This document shows, piece by piece, positions 33,830 to 43,303 of a stretch of 64,000 nucleotides of DNA. The stretch spans positions 335-64,334 of the forward strand of contig JAFXYB010000002.1 of the NCBI GenBank assembly GCA_017541975.1, written 5' to 3'. Position numbers and translations under genes: made by a program. Every line of letters starts with the position of its first letter. The stretch's first letter is position 1. The notes beneath the pieces were generated by a model, which did no database searches, was not told the origin of the DNA, and saw nothing but the letters and a program-made list of their open reading frames with translations. This DNA comes from a bacterium. Its GTDB lineage: Bacteria; Bacillota_I; Bacilli_A; Izemoplasmatales; UBA1188.

Positions 33830-34798
33830 ATGGCAGAGAATAGAATCATTAACACGGAAAGATTAATATTAAGGCCATTTAAAGAATCTGATTATAATGA
33901 TTTATTTGAATTCTTATCACAACTTAAAGATGATGAATTTGAAGGTTATCCGGGTATTACCTATGAAAATGGCAAAAAACATTTGGATGAACGTGTTGGT
34001 TCAGACAACTTTTTTGCAATTGAATTAAAAGATAGCGGCAAAGTAATTGGAAATATATTCTTCGGAAAAAGAGAATATAGCACTAGAGAAGTAGGTTATA
34101 TAGTAAATGAAGGCTATCAAAGAAAAGGATATGCTTATGAAGCTTTAACTGCTGTAATTAATTATGCATTTGAAAATGGTGTTCATCGTGTTATTGCAAG
34201 GTGTAATTCAAGAAACAACGCTTCTTGGATGCTGCTCGAAAAAGCAGGTTTAAAAAGAGAAGCACACCTAAAGGAAACCCACTTTACTAGACTAGATGAT
34301 AACAATAGTCCAATCTGGCAAGATACTTACATTTATACATTGATTAACGATTCTAATATGAAATCACCATCAAAAATCCTATTTTATGGGCATGAAAATT
34401 CTATATTCAAAGATTCGCATGGACTAACACCAATAGATTATTACAATTTATTAAGTGATATTTGGTGTGAATATACATGTGCTCCAAGAATGAGGAATAG
34501 ATGGAATAAGAGTAATAAAACTGTAGGGCAGTGTTCAATTACAGCGTTTTTAATGCAGGATTTATTTGGCGGAGATGTCTATGGAATAGATATTGGTGGC
34601 GGTAATTATCATTGTTTCAATGTTGTAGATGGTATTAAATTTGATCTAACAAGTGAACAATTTGAAAAACAACTTGATTATGATAATGTAGTTATTCAAG
34701 ATAGAAATATTCATTTTAAAAGAATAGAAAAGAAGGAAAGATATGAATATCTAAAAGAAAGACTTCTAAGTAGAATTGCTAACCTAAATAATGATTAG
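33830..34798 (+). CDS. GNAT (RimJ/RimL-like) N-acetyltransferase fused to a YunG-like C-terminal domain
   Basis: TERLILRPF...QRKGYAYEAL GNAT half. The C-terminal half, with CAPRMRNRWNKSNKTVGQCSITAFLMQDLFGG, resembles YunG family proteins. Confidence 0.7.
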   Translation: MAENRIINTERLILRPFKESDYNDLFEFLSQLKDDEFEGYPGITYENGKKHLDERVGSDNFFAIELKDSGKVIGNIFFGKREYSTREVGYIVNEGYQRKGYAYEALTAVINYAFENGVHRVIARCNSRNNASWMLLEKAGLKREAHLKETHFTRLDDNNSPIWQDTYIYTLINDSNMKSPSKILFYGHENSIFKDSHGLTPIDYYNLLSDIWCEYTCAPRMRNRWNKSNKTVGQCSITAFLMQDLFGGDVYGIDIGGGNYHCFNVVDGIKFDLTSEQFEKQLDYDNVVIQDRNIHFKRIEKKERYEYLKERLLSRIANLNND

Positions 34799-34811
34799 TG
34801 AGGAATTATTA

Positions 34812-35684
34812 ATGAGCAGTGTAATAGAATTAAAACATTTGAAAAAGTATTATGGTGAATCAAGAGGAATAGAAGATGTTTCTCTAAGTATTGAAGAAGG
34901 AACTATCTATGGTTTTATTGGCCCAAATGGTGCAGGAAAATCCACAACCATTCGTACAATGATGGGTCTAATCAATAAAACTGATGGAGAAATCTTTCTA
35001 TTTGGAAAACCATTTGATAAAGATGATTTAGAGATTAAAGAGAAAACAGGATATCTACCTAGTGAAGTAAACCTTTATGCTGATCTAACAATTAAAGAAA
35101 TTTTTGATTATCATGAAGAATTCTACAAAAAAGATTTAAAGCCAAGAAGAAATGAGCTTGTTCAGTTATTAAAAATAGATGAATCAAAAAAGATTAATGA
35201 TTTATCTCTTGGCAATCTTAAAAAGGTTGGAATTGTCCTTGCATTAATGCATAGTCCAAAACTATTAATCTTAGATGAACCAACATCTGGGTTGGATCCG
35301 ATAATGCAAATCACTCTCCATGATATTCTTTTAAAAGAAAAACAAAAAGGCACAACTATCCTATATTCTTCACACATCCTAAATGAAATATCAAATCTAT
35401 GTGATATTGTTGGATTTATAAAAGACGGACAGATGATAAAGGAAGATACGATGGATAACATTAAGAAGAATTACTTCACGTATTTAAAAATATCATCAAA
35501 AGATATTGAAAAGATTAAAGAAGAACTCGGTTTAAAAGTTATTAAAGAAGATGATAATACTACAACATTTATAAACAACCTAGATCCAAACACAGTAATC
35601 AATAAACTTGCAAAATACAATATTGATAATTTATTGATCGAAGAAGTTTCTTTAGAAGACTTGTTCATCAATTATTATATGTAG
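34812..35684 (+). CDS. ABC transporter ATP-binding protein (ABC-2 type)
   Basis: Walker A GPNGAGKST, signature LSLGNLKKV, Walker B LLILDEPTSGLD. Confidence 0.9.
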   Translation: MSSVIELKHLKKYYGESRGIEDVSLSIEEGTIYGFIGPNGAGKSTTIRTMMGLINKTDGEIFLFGKPFDKDDLEIKEKTGYLPSEVNLYADLTIKEIFDYHEEFYKKDLKPRRNELVQLLKIDESKKINDLSLGNLKKVGIVLALMHSPKLLILDEPTSGLDPIMQITLHDILLKEKQKGTTILYSSHILNEISNLCDIVGFIKDGQMIKEDTMDNIKKNYFTYLKISSKDIEKIKEELGLKVIKEDDNTTTFINNLDPNTVINKLAKYNIDNLLIEEVSLEDLFINYYM

Positions 35685-35692
35685 GTGATTTT

Positions 35693-36484
35693 ATGATTAA
35701 AAAAGAATTAAAATCAAACATAAAAAGCTTTATTATCTGTTTAGTGTTGCTTATTTCAGTGTTCTTGCTTGTATATTTAATCTATCCTTTTGTCATAACT
35801 GATGAAAATATGGCTACAATGAATGAACTTTTACAAGCTTTTCCTGAGGAAGTATTAAAAGCATTCAACATGGACCTTGCATCTATAGATACTGCATATG
35901 GGTGGCTTAAATCTGAAGGATTTATGTTTGTGCTCCTTGGCATTGGTATTTTTTCATCTATTTTAGGAATAAACATTGTCTTCAAAGAAGAACAAGATAA
36001 AACAATTGAATATCTTGCATCCCTTCCAATAAAGAGATCAAAGATAATGACAAAGAAAATATTTGTTTCAGTTTTTTATATAATATCTTTAATATGGATA
36101 TTTACACTCTTTAATTTTATTGCATTACTAATAAGCTGTGAATTTAATCAAAAAGAATTTTTCCTCTTAAGTTTAAGTCCACTCCTTATAGGACTTCCAT
36201 TCTTCTTTTTTAATCTTTTTATTTCAACACTAGTTAAAAGAGATAAAAAGGTTTTAGGTTTAAGTCTTGGTCTAGTATTTATTTTCTATATCGTTAGTAT
36301 GTTATCAGAAATATCAGATAAAGTAGAATTCCTCAAATACTTTAGTTTGTATACACTCGCTGACACAAGAAACATAATTGCTAATTGTGAAATAAATATA
36401 TGGTGCATATTAATAAGCATTATATCAAGCGTTATATTTGCTTCACTTTCCTATATCTTCTATAATAAAAAAGAATTGTTATAG
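35693..36484 (+). CDS. ABC-2 type transporter permease
   Basis: 263 aa with 6 TM segments. Directly follows the ATPase. Confidence 0.75.
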   Translation: MIKKELKSNIKSFIICLVLLISVFLLVYLIYPFVITDENMATMNELLQAFPEEVLKAFNMDLASIDTAYGWLKSEGFMFVLLGIGIFSSILGINIVFKEEQDKTIEYLASLPIKRSKIMTKKIFVSVFYIISLIWIFTLFNFIALLISCEFNQKEFFLLSLSPLLIGLPFFFFNLFISTLVKRDKKVLGLSLGLVFIFYIVSMLSEISDKVEFLKYFSLYTLADTRNIIANCEINIWCILISIISSVIFASLSYIFYNKKELL

Positions 36485-36502
36485 TAATATGATTATCGTC
36501 AG

Positions 36503-36527
36503 AAAAGAGTCCTTAAGACTCTTTTTT
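36503..36527 (+). terminator. Intrinsic terminator
   Basis: AAAAGAGTC / GACTCTTTT stem followed by TT. Confidence 0.75.
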
Positions 36528-36572
36528 GTGCTATAATACATACGTAAAAACATTGTATAGGAGAAAACATTT

Positions 36573-38285
36573 ATGAAAAATTTGGTATTTAAAATAATCA
36601 AAATTGTCGGTACAATATTTGCGTTTTTTAATGCTTTAATGTTTTATGCGATGAGACCATGTTGGAGTGGTATCAGTAGCGTAATAGGGTATAAAGGTGG
36701 AGATAATGTCATTCTATATTATCTACCAGTAATTATTTGTGTACTTTTGTTTGTGATATTACTATCCGATTTAATCTTAAAGAAGCTTTTTGATAAGAAC
36801 TGGTTATATATTGTATTCCTCACTATTTCTATAGCGTTCTTCGTTGTTGTGCTTGTAATAATCAAGATGGGTGCAATCGATTATATGCGTTTTGTATGGC
36901 CTAAATTCTTTGTATCACTCGTTTATCTTGCGGTTATCCTATTCTTATATTATCTATTATTCATTTATCCAAAAACACCACTCATTGAGAATAAAATATT
37001 TAAATATGGAATTATAAGTTTGGGTAGCCTTCTCGTAGTGTTAGTGTTATTAAACTTCTCAGTAAATAGAATCACATATCAACCAGTAGTATATGCAGTA
37101 GAAGATAATTATCAAATTGTATATGCTACAAACTCAGAAGCTACTGCTTGGGTTGAAATAGGTGGAGAGAATTATTACGATACATATAATGGTAGTTCAA
37201 AGAAGTTTACCAAGATTCATAAAATCGAAGTTCCTATGAACGTTCTTGATACAAACAAGAAATATACTGTACATACTCAAAGATCAATCTATTGTGGCCC
37301 ATTTGGTGGATTTATGGGACATGATATCAGTAAAACCATTAATTTCAAACCAGTTGATACAACTGATGGTCTACAATATTTAGCATTTAGCGATGTTCAT
37401 ATGAATGATTGGCAAACCGCAAAGACTGCAAGTTATATTGAAAATTATGACTTCTTAGTACTTGCCGGTGATATTATTTCTGATGTTGAGACATTTGATG
37501 ATGCGTGTTTCTTTGGCAAGGTTGCTTATGATGTGTCTAAAGGCGAAATTCCAGTTGTATATGCAAGAGGAAACCACGATGTAAAAGGAAGATATGCAGA
37601 AGAACTCCATAAATTCGTTGGTGCTAAGGGAGAAAGTTTCTACTATAATTTCTATTTTGATAAGGTTTATGGTCTTGTATTAGACATTGGTGAAGACCAC
37701 GATGATGATTGGTGGGAGTATTATGAAACATCTCATTATGATGATTATCGTGAGAAACAAATTCAATTTTTAGAGGATGAAATAGCTAAGGGGCATTTCA
37801 ATGATTTTGAATATCATCTAGCCGTTTGTCATATTCCGCCAGTATTCGTTAATAATAGAAAGAATCACGAATACGTTAAAGCTGAATTCACAAGATTATT
37901 AAATCAAATGGATATCGATATGTTCCTCTGTGGGCATCAACACGATATCATGATCTTTGAACCAGGGTTAATTGAACCAAATACAAAATTAACATACAAT
38001 TCAAATTATAAAGATGGAACATATAAAGGATATCTTACAGATTTCAATTTCCCATGCTTTATGATTAGCAAACCAGGATTCACATTCAGTGATGATGTTG
38101 AACTCCATGCGGCAAAGAGTCAAATTGGTCTATATATTGATGTTGATTTAGTAAACAAAAAAGAAATATGTGCATATATGAATAGTAGAGGTGAAAAGGT
38201 CGAAGTAATGAATATGTTCTACGAAAAGACATATGGAACAGAAATAATAATTGACCTCGATACCAAAGTATTCACATCTAGATAA
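36573..38285 (+). CDS. Membrane-anchored metallophosphoesterase
   Basis: About 5 N-terminal TM helices, then calcineurin-like motifs FSDVH, AGDI, GNHD and GHQHD. Confidence 0.8.
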   Translation: MKNLVFKIIKIVGTIFAFFNALMFYAMRPCWSGISSVIGYKGGDNVILYYLPVIICVLLFVILLSDLILKKLFDKNWLYIVFLTISIAFFVVVLVIIKMGAIDYMRFVWPKFFVSLVYLAVILFLYYLLFIYPKTPLIENKIFKYGIISLGSLLVVLVLLNFSVNRITYQPVVYAVEDNYQIVYATNSEATAWVEIGGENYYDTYNGSSKKFTKIHKIEVPMNVLDTNKKYTVHTQRSIYCGPFGGFMGHDISKTINFKPVDTTDGLQYLAFSDVHMNDWQTAKTASYIENYDFLVLAGDIISDVETFDDACFFGKVAYDVSKGEIPVVYARGNHDVKGRYAEELHKFVGAKGESFYYNFYFDKVYGLVLDIGEDHDDDWWEYYETSHYDDYREKQIQFLEDEIAKGHFNDFEYHLAVCHIPPVFVNNRKNHEYVKAEFTRLLNQMDIDMFLCGHQHDIMIFEPGLIEPNTKLTYNSNYKDGTYKGYLTDFNFPCFMISKPGFTFSDDVELHAAKSQIGLYIDVDLVNKKEICAYMNSRGEKVEVMNMFYEKTYGTEIIIDLDTKVFTSR

Positions 38286-38336
38286 CAATATTTGTTATCT
38301 TTATGCTAAAATATCTAGAGATAAAGGAGATTTAAA

Positions 38337-40238
38337 ATGGAAAAAATAAGGATTCAAGATGATTTGTATAATTATGTAAATCAAGAATGGGAAGCACAAG
38401 CAGTTATCCCAAGCGATAGACCAAGGACAGGTGCTTTTGATGAACTCGCAATCGAAGTAGAGAAGCTACTCATTGATGATCTAAATGATATGGTTAAAAA
38501 TGGCACATATCCTAACGATTATTTAAAATACGCATGTTTACTCTATTCTAAGGTTAAAGATGTTAAGAAGAGAAATAGAGATGGTATTAAACCACTTCTT
38601 AAAACTCTTCAAAGAATTGAAAAATTAAATACAGTAAATGATTTAAATAAAAAGTTAAAAGATTTTGTAGAAGATTTTCTACCTCTACCATTTGTATTTA
38701 CCATTGATGTTGATATGAAGAATGCAGAAAACCATGCTGTATTTGTTCAAGGACCTAGTGTAATTCTTCCAGACGTAACATTCTATAAAGAAGGAATGGA
38801 AGAAAGAAAGAATATGTTTTTAGGTCTTTGGTCTAAGATGGTAAAAGAATTATTATCATTCACAGACCTTTCAGAAGAAGATCAAGATAAATACATTAAA
38901 GATGCTCTTGCATTTGATGAATTAATTGCTAAATACGTTAAGAGCAATGAGGAATGGAGTGAGTATGCTAAGATGTATAATCCATATAAAGCATCTAAAG
39001 TTGCATCACTTGTAAAACCTCTTAAATTTAAGAAATTACTATCAAACTTATATGGCGAAGCTGCTCCTTCAGTAGTAATAGTTGCAGAACCAAGATATTT
39101 CGCAAGTTTCAAAGAAGTATTCAATGAAGAAACCTTTATTCTCTATAAACATTGGGCATACATTCAAATATTAATTAAATCAAGTAGCCTTTTAAGCGAA
39201 GAATTAAGAAATATTGCTGGTTCATATCAAAGGGCAATTTCTGGCATTAAAGAAATGTCAACTCCAGAAAAATTTGCATATAAACTCGTTTCAATGGAAT
39301 ATTCTGAACCAGTAGGTCTATATTATGGTGAAAAGTATTTCGGTGAAGAAGCTAAAAAAGATATAGTTGAAATGGTTATGGAAATCATCGAAGCTTATAA
39401 AGAAAGGGTTAAAACTAGCGATATTTTAGCTGAAGAGACCAAAGAAAAAGCAATCCTAAAACTCTCAACACTCAAGGTTAAGATGGGCTATCCTGATAAG
39501 GTTGAGACAATCTACGATAAACTCGTATTTGAAGAAAAAGATTCACTATTAAAAGTTGTTTCATCTCTACATAAGATTAGAAGATTAGAAGAACTCTCTA
39601 GACTTACAAAAGAAGTAGATAGATCAAGGTGGCATATGCCAGGCAATATGGTAAATGCCTGCTACGACCCATTCTCAAATGATATTACATTCCCAGCTGC
39701 AATCCTTCAACCTCCATTCTATTCAATCAAACAATCAAGAAGTGAGAATTTAGGAGGCATTGGTGCTGTAATTGGTCATGAAATCTCTCATGCATTCGAC
39801 AACAATGGTGCTCTCTTTGATGAAAAAGGCAATCTAAGTAACTGGTGGACAAAAGAAGATTTCAAGAAATTCAATGCTAAAACAAAAGCAATGGTTAAAC
39901 AATTTGATGGAATAGAACTTCCTTGGGGAATAGTTAATGGTAAATTCATCGTCAGTGAAAACATCGCAGATAATGGTGGTGTTGCTGTAACACTCCACGT
40001 AATGGCTAAAACAAAAGATGCAAACTACGAAGAGTACTTCATGAATTGGGGAAGAGTTTGGAGACTCAAATCAAGCGAAGAATTCAAGAAACTATTACTC
40101 GCCATGGATGTTCATGGACCTGCAATCCTCCGTGCTAATATGCCACCAAAGAACTTTGATGAATGGTATAATACATTCAACGTTAAAAAGTCAGATAAAA
40201 TGTATATAGCACCAAATAAACGTGTAGTTGTTTGGTAA
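38337..40238 (+). CDS. pepO: M13 family neutral endopeptidase (PepO-like)
   Basis: Zincin HEISHAFD, ENIADNGG, and a C-terminal VW end. 633 aa, no signal peptide, as in PepO. Confidence 0.9.
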   Translation: MEKIRIQDDLYNYVNQEWEAQAVIPSDRPRTGAFDELAIEVEKLLIDDLNDMVKNGTYPNDYLKYACLLYSKVKDVKKRNRDGIKPLLKTLQRIEKLNTVNDLNKKLKDFVEDFLPLPFVFTIDVDMKNAENHAVFVQGPSVILPDVTFYKEGMEERKNMFLGLWSKMVKELLSFTDLSEEDQDKYIKDALAFDELIAKYVKSNEEWSEYAKMYNPYKASKVASLVKPLKFKKLLSNLYGEAAPSVVIVAEPRYFASFKEVFNEETFILYKHWAYIQILIKSSSLLSEELRNIAGSYQRAISGIKEMSTPEKFAYKLVSMEYSEPVGLYYGEKYFGEEAKKDIVEMVMEIIEAYKERVKTSDILAEETKEKAILKLSTLKVKMGYPDKVETIYDKLVFEEKDSLLKVVSSLHKIRRLEELSRLTKEVDRSRWHMPGNMVNACYDPFSNDITFPAAILQPPFYSIKQSRSENLGGIGAVIGHEISHAFDNNGALFDEKGNLSNWWTKEDFKKFNAKTKAMVKQFDGIELPWGIVNGKFIVSENIADNGGVAVTLHVMAKTKDANYEEYFMNWGRVWRLKSSEEFKKLLLAMDVHGPAILRANMPPKNFDEWYNTFNVKKSDKMYIAPNKRVVVW

Positions 40239-40244
40239 TTAAAG

Positions 40245-40673
40245 ATGATTACAAACATTCTTGCGATGGATCTTGGTAGAACATCTCTTGGACTTGCAAT
40301 ATCTCGTTCAGGGATTCTAGTATCAGCCCTTCCAAATCTTCATTTTAAAAGGGATGACTATGATGATGCTATCAAAAAGCTCTTAGAAGCAATAAAGTTT
40401 GAAAAAATTGAGCACATAGTGATTGGCCTTCCGCTCTATCCAAGTGGCGATAGATGCGAAATGACACCAATTGTTGAAAAGTTCAAAGAAAAAATCACTC
40501 CTTTTTTTGAAAATATCGACATAGTATTTCAAGACGAAAGAGATTCAACACTTGAAGCAAGTGAGATCCTTCATGAAAACAATAAGAGTTCTAAAAAACA
40601 GAAAAATATTATTGATTCTCATGCAGCACTTGTTATTCTTGAAAGATATTTAAAAAAGATTGGACAACTTTAA
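40245..40673 (+). CDS. ruvX: Holliday junction resolvase-like / pre-16S rRNA nuclease RuvX (YqgF)
   Basis: ILAMDLGRTSLGLAIS N-terminus, DERDSTLEA, and SHAALVILERYL. Confidence 0.88.
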   Translation: MITNILAMDLGRTSLGLAISRSGILVSALPNLHFKRDDYDDAIKKLLEAIKFEKIEHIVIGLPLYPSGDRCEMTPIVEKFKEKITPFFENIDIVFQDERDSTLEASEILHENNKSSKKQKNIIDSHAALVILERYLKKIGQL

Positions 40674-40679
40674 AACAAT

Positions 40680-40700
40680 AAAGACCTTTGGGTCTTTTTT
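40680..40700 (+). terminator. Intrinsic terminator after ruvX
   Basis: AAGACC-tttg-GGTCTT followed by TTTT. Confidence 0.7.
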
Positions 40701-40771
40701 GTTTGTATTATTGCCCTGTAAATGTTATAATATAGACAATAAGTGTTTATATAACGCCCTATAAGTTCGAT

Positions 40772-40800
40772 AAAACAATCCAATAAAGGATTGTTTTTTT
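40772..40800 (+). terminator. Terminator-like hairpin inside the gdpP leader
   Basis: AAAACAATCC / GGATTGTTTT 10-bp stem followed by TTT. Located between the TGtTATAAT promoter (40723-40731) and ATG 40847. Confidence 0.55.
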
Positions 40801-40846
40801 ATTCATTATATATTATTATATATATGATGCACAAAGGAGGTAAGTT

Positions 40847-43300
40847 ATGAGAAAACGTACAATAGTTGCGATAATTATCTTAACCCTTTTATTGCTAGGA
40901 TATATCGGAGTTTATTTTTTCTTACTCGATGATAGTATGAGACAAAATATTCTCTATTCAGTCCCAATTCTAGTATTAGTTATTCCAATCATGTTTATGC
41001 TTGGAGGCTTAATCGTTGCTAGAACAAGACTAAATGAGAATATTAAACTTCAAAGAGCTCTTGAGGTAGAAAAAGAAATTTCAGATTCTCTTGCAAAAAA
41101 CAATGAAGTAGTTTCAAAGAGATTACCAGTAGGTTTTATTGTTTATGACGATTCAAAAAACATCACATATGCAAATGAATGCGCTAAAATAATTTTCCAA
41201 ACTGATCTTTTAGGTAAAAATATAACTTATTTATCAAAAGAACTCAATTCAGCTATTTCTGATGAAAAAGGTGAAATTGAACTTACTATTTATGAAAGGA
41301 TTTATAAAACCACAATCGCTCTTGAGATGAGATCTGTATATCTATTTGATATTACAGAAGAAAAATTTGCTAAAGAAAACTATGATATCTCAAGACCATC
41401 TATGGTAATTATCTCATTAGATAATGTCGATGAAACAATGAGTGGTCTTGACCTTAAGGTTAAGACAGACTTACTTGGTAAGTATTATGTAGCGATTGAA
41501 AAATGGAGAGATAGATTTGGTCTTTATGTTCTTTCAGATTCTTCTAATAAACAAGTATTCGTTGTTAAAAAGAATGACCTTGAAGAAATAATCAAAGATG
41601 ATTTCTCAATTTTAAGAGATATCGAACAAGTATCTAAACAAGAAGGTGTTGATATTTCATTATCAATCGGTATTGGTACAGGTTCTGAGGATTATAAAGC
41701 TTTAGGTTTCTATGCTGAAAAAGCCCTTGAATATGTATACAGCCGTGGTGGTAACCAAGCAGTTATCTATAATGGCGAAACAAAAGTTGCTTATGGTGCT
41801 AAAACAGCATCTCAAGAAAGAGTATCAAAGATCTCAACAAGAATCTTTGCCAACAAGCTTATGGCTGTCATTAAAGATTCATCATCAATCGTTATCCTAC
41901 CACATGATAATACAGATGCCGATGCTCTAGGTTCTGCAATGGGTTTATGTGAGCTTTGTGAAAAGATTGGCACTCCAGCTAAAGTATTAATTAATCCACA
42001 AAGTATAGACTCAACAGTTAAAAAAATAATTAACGTATCAACTACAGAATACATTAAATTCCGTCAGGATATTATCACTGAAGCTGAACTTGAAGATTTC
42101 TTCAAAGGTAAAAAGATGTTGATAGTTGTCGACCACAACCAAATGAAACATTCTCCAAGTAAAGAAGTATACAAGAGAGCCGATAGAATCTATCTAATCG
42201 ACCACCATAGACTTTCTGAAAGTATAGATTTCAGTCCAATTGACCCATTCCTAGATCCAAGTGCTTCTAGTGCGGTTGAACTTGTCACTGAAATTGCTGA
42301 ATTATTACCACTTCAAATAGACTTCTCAAGTTTCGTTGCGACAGTAATGCTTGTCGGAATGATGATTGATACAAATGGATTTGCATTGCACGTTACAGAT
42401 AGAACCTTCCAAGCAGCAAGTGTTCTAATGCACAATAATGCCGATTCATTTAAAGCAAAGATGTATTTAAGAGAAGACATCAACGAACAAAAAGAAAGAA
42501 TGAAACTCTTACAGAACGTTGAAATCGTTTATGATAAGGTTGCCATCGTCGTTGATACATCAGATCAAAAGACATCAAGAGAAAACCTTGCAAAGAATGC
42601 AGAAGCTCTTCTAAACGTCGATAATATCGTCGCATCATTTGCAATTGGTAAACTCGATACTAACGTTACTGGTATAAGTGGTAGAAGTGATGGCTCATTC
42701 AATATCCATACAGAAATGGAAAAATTTGGTGGTGGTGGTCACTTCAATATGGGTGCTGCCCAAGTTCAAAATAAGACAGTTGACTTAGTTCACCAAGAAC
42801 TATTAATGAACCTTGATAAGACAATAAAAGGAGATACAACAATTATGAGAGTTATCCTAATCGAAGATGTAAAGAACCAAGGTAAGAAAGGCGACATCAT
42901 TAAATGCACCCCAGGTTATGCTAACTATCTCTTAACTAAGAGACTTGCAATCGAAGCTAACTCTTCTAATATGGCAGTATTAGACGAAGAAAAAGCTGCT
43001 GTTGAAAAACAACAAAAAGAAGAATTAGATGTTGCAAGAAAACTTAAAGAAATCGTTGACCAAACAATCGTTATCATCCCAGTTAAAACTAGCGATAATG
43101 GAAGACTTTTCGGTTCAGTTACTACTAAGCAAATTGCTGAAGAACTCCAAAAACAACATGATATAACAATTGACAAGAGAAGAATATCTCTTCCAGATGA
43201 AAAGATAGATTCTCTTGGCACATACACATGTGTCGTTAAACTTCATAAAGAAGTTGTCGCTGAATTAACTATTGATGTAAAAGAAGAAAGAGAGGTTTAA
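40847..43300 (+). CDS. gdpP: c-di-AMP phosphodiesterase GdpP whose ORF continues in frame into rplI (817-aa fused ORF)
   Basis: 2 N-terminal TM helices, a PAS-like and degenerate GGDEF region, DHH motifs (LPHDNTDADALGS, IDHHR), and DHHA1 GGGH. No stop codon before the L9 coding sequence. Confidence 0.85.
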   Translation: MRKRTIVAIIILTLLLLGYIGVYFFLLDDSMRQNILYSVPILVLVIPIMFMLGGLIVARTRLNENIKLQRALEVEKEISDSLAKNNEVVSKRLPVGFIVYDDSKNITYANECAKIIFQTDLLGKNITYLSKELNSAISDEKGEIELTIYERIYKTTIALEMRSVYLFDITEEKFAKENYDISRPSMVIISLDNVDETMSGLDLKVKTDLLGKYYVAIEKWRDRFGLYVLSDSSNKQVFVVKKNDLEEIIKDDFSILRDIEQVSKQEGVDISLSIGIGTGSEDYKALGFYAEKALEYVYSRGGNQAVIYNGETKVAYGAKTASQERVSKISTRIFANKLMAVIKDSSSIVILPHDNTDADALGSAMGLCELCEKIGTPAKVLINPQSIDSTVKKIINVSTTEYIKFRQDIITEAELEDFFKGKKMLIVVDHNQMKHSPSKEVYKRADRIYLIDHHRLSESIDFSPIDPFLDPSASSAVELVTEIAELLPLQIDFSSFVATVMLVGMMIDTNGFALHVTDRTFQAASVLMHNNADSFKAKMYLREDINEQKERMKLLQNVEIVYDKVAIVVDTSDQKTSRENLAKNAEALLNVDNIVASFAIGKLDTNVTGISGRSDGSFNIHTEMEKFGGGGHFNMGAAQVQNKTVDLVHQELLMNLDKTIKGDTTIMRVILIEDVKNQGKKGDIIKCTPGYANYLLTKRLAIEANSSNMAVLDEEKAAVEKQQKEELDVARKLKEIVDQTIVIIPVKTSDNGRLFGSVTTKQIAEELQKQHDITIDKRRISLPDEKIDSLGTYTCVVKLHKEVVAELTIDVKEEREV
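42845..43300 (+). CDS. rplI: 50S ribosomal protein L9 (internal start in the gdpP frame)
   Basis: MRVILIEDVKNQGKKGDIIKCTPGYANYL is a canonical L9 N-terminus. AAAGGAGA (42827-42834) lies upstream of ATG 42845. 151 aa. Confidence 0.85.
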   Translation: MRVILIEDVKNQGKKGDIIKCTPGYANYLLTKRLAIEANSSNMAVLDEEKAAVEKQQKEELDVARKLKEIVDQTIVIIPVKTSDNGRLFGSVTTKQIAEELQKQHDITIDKRRISLPDEKIDSLGTYTCVVKLHKEVVAELTIDVKEEREV

Positions 43301-43303
43301 CAT

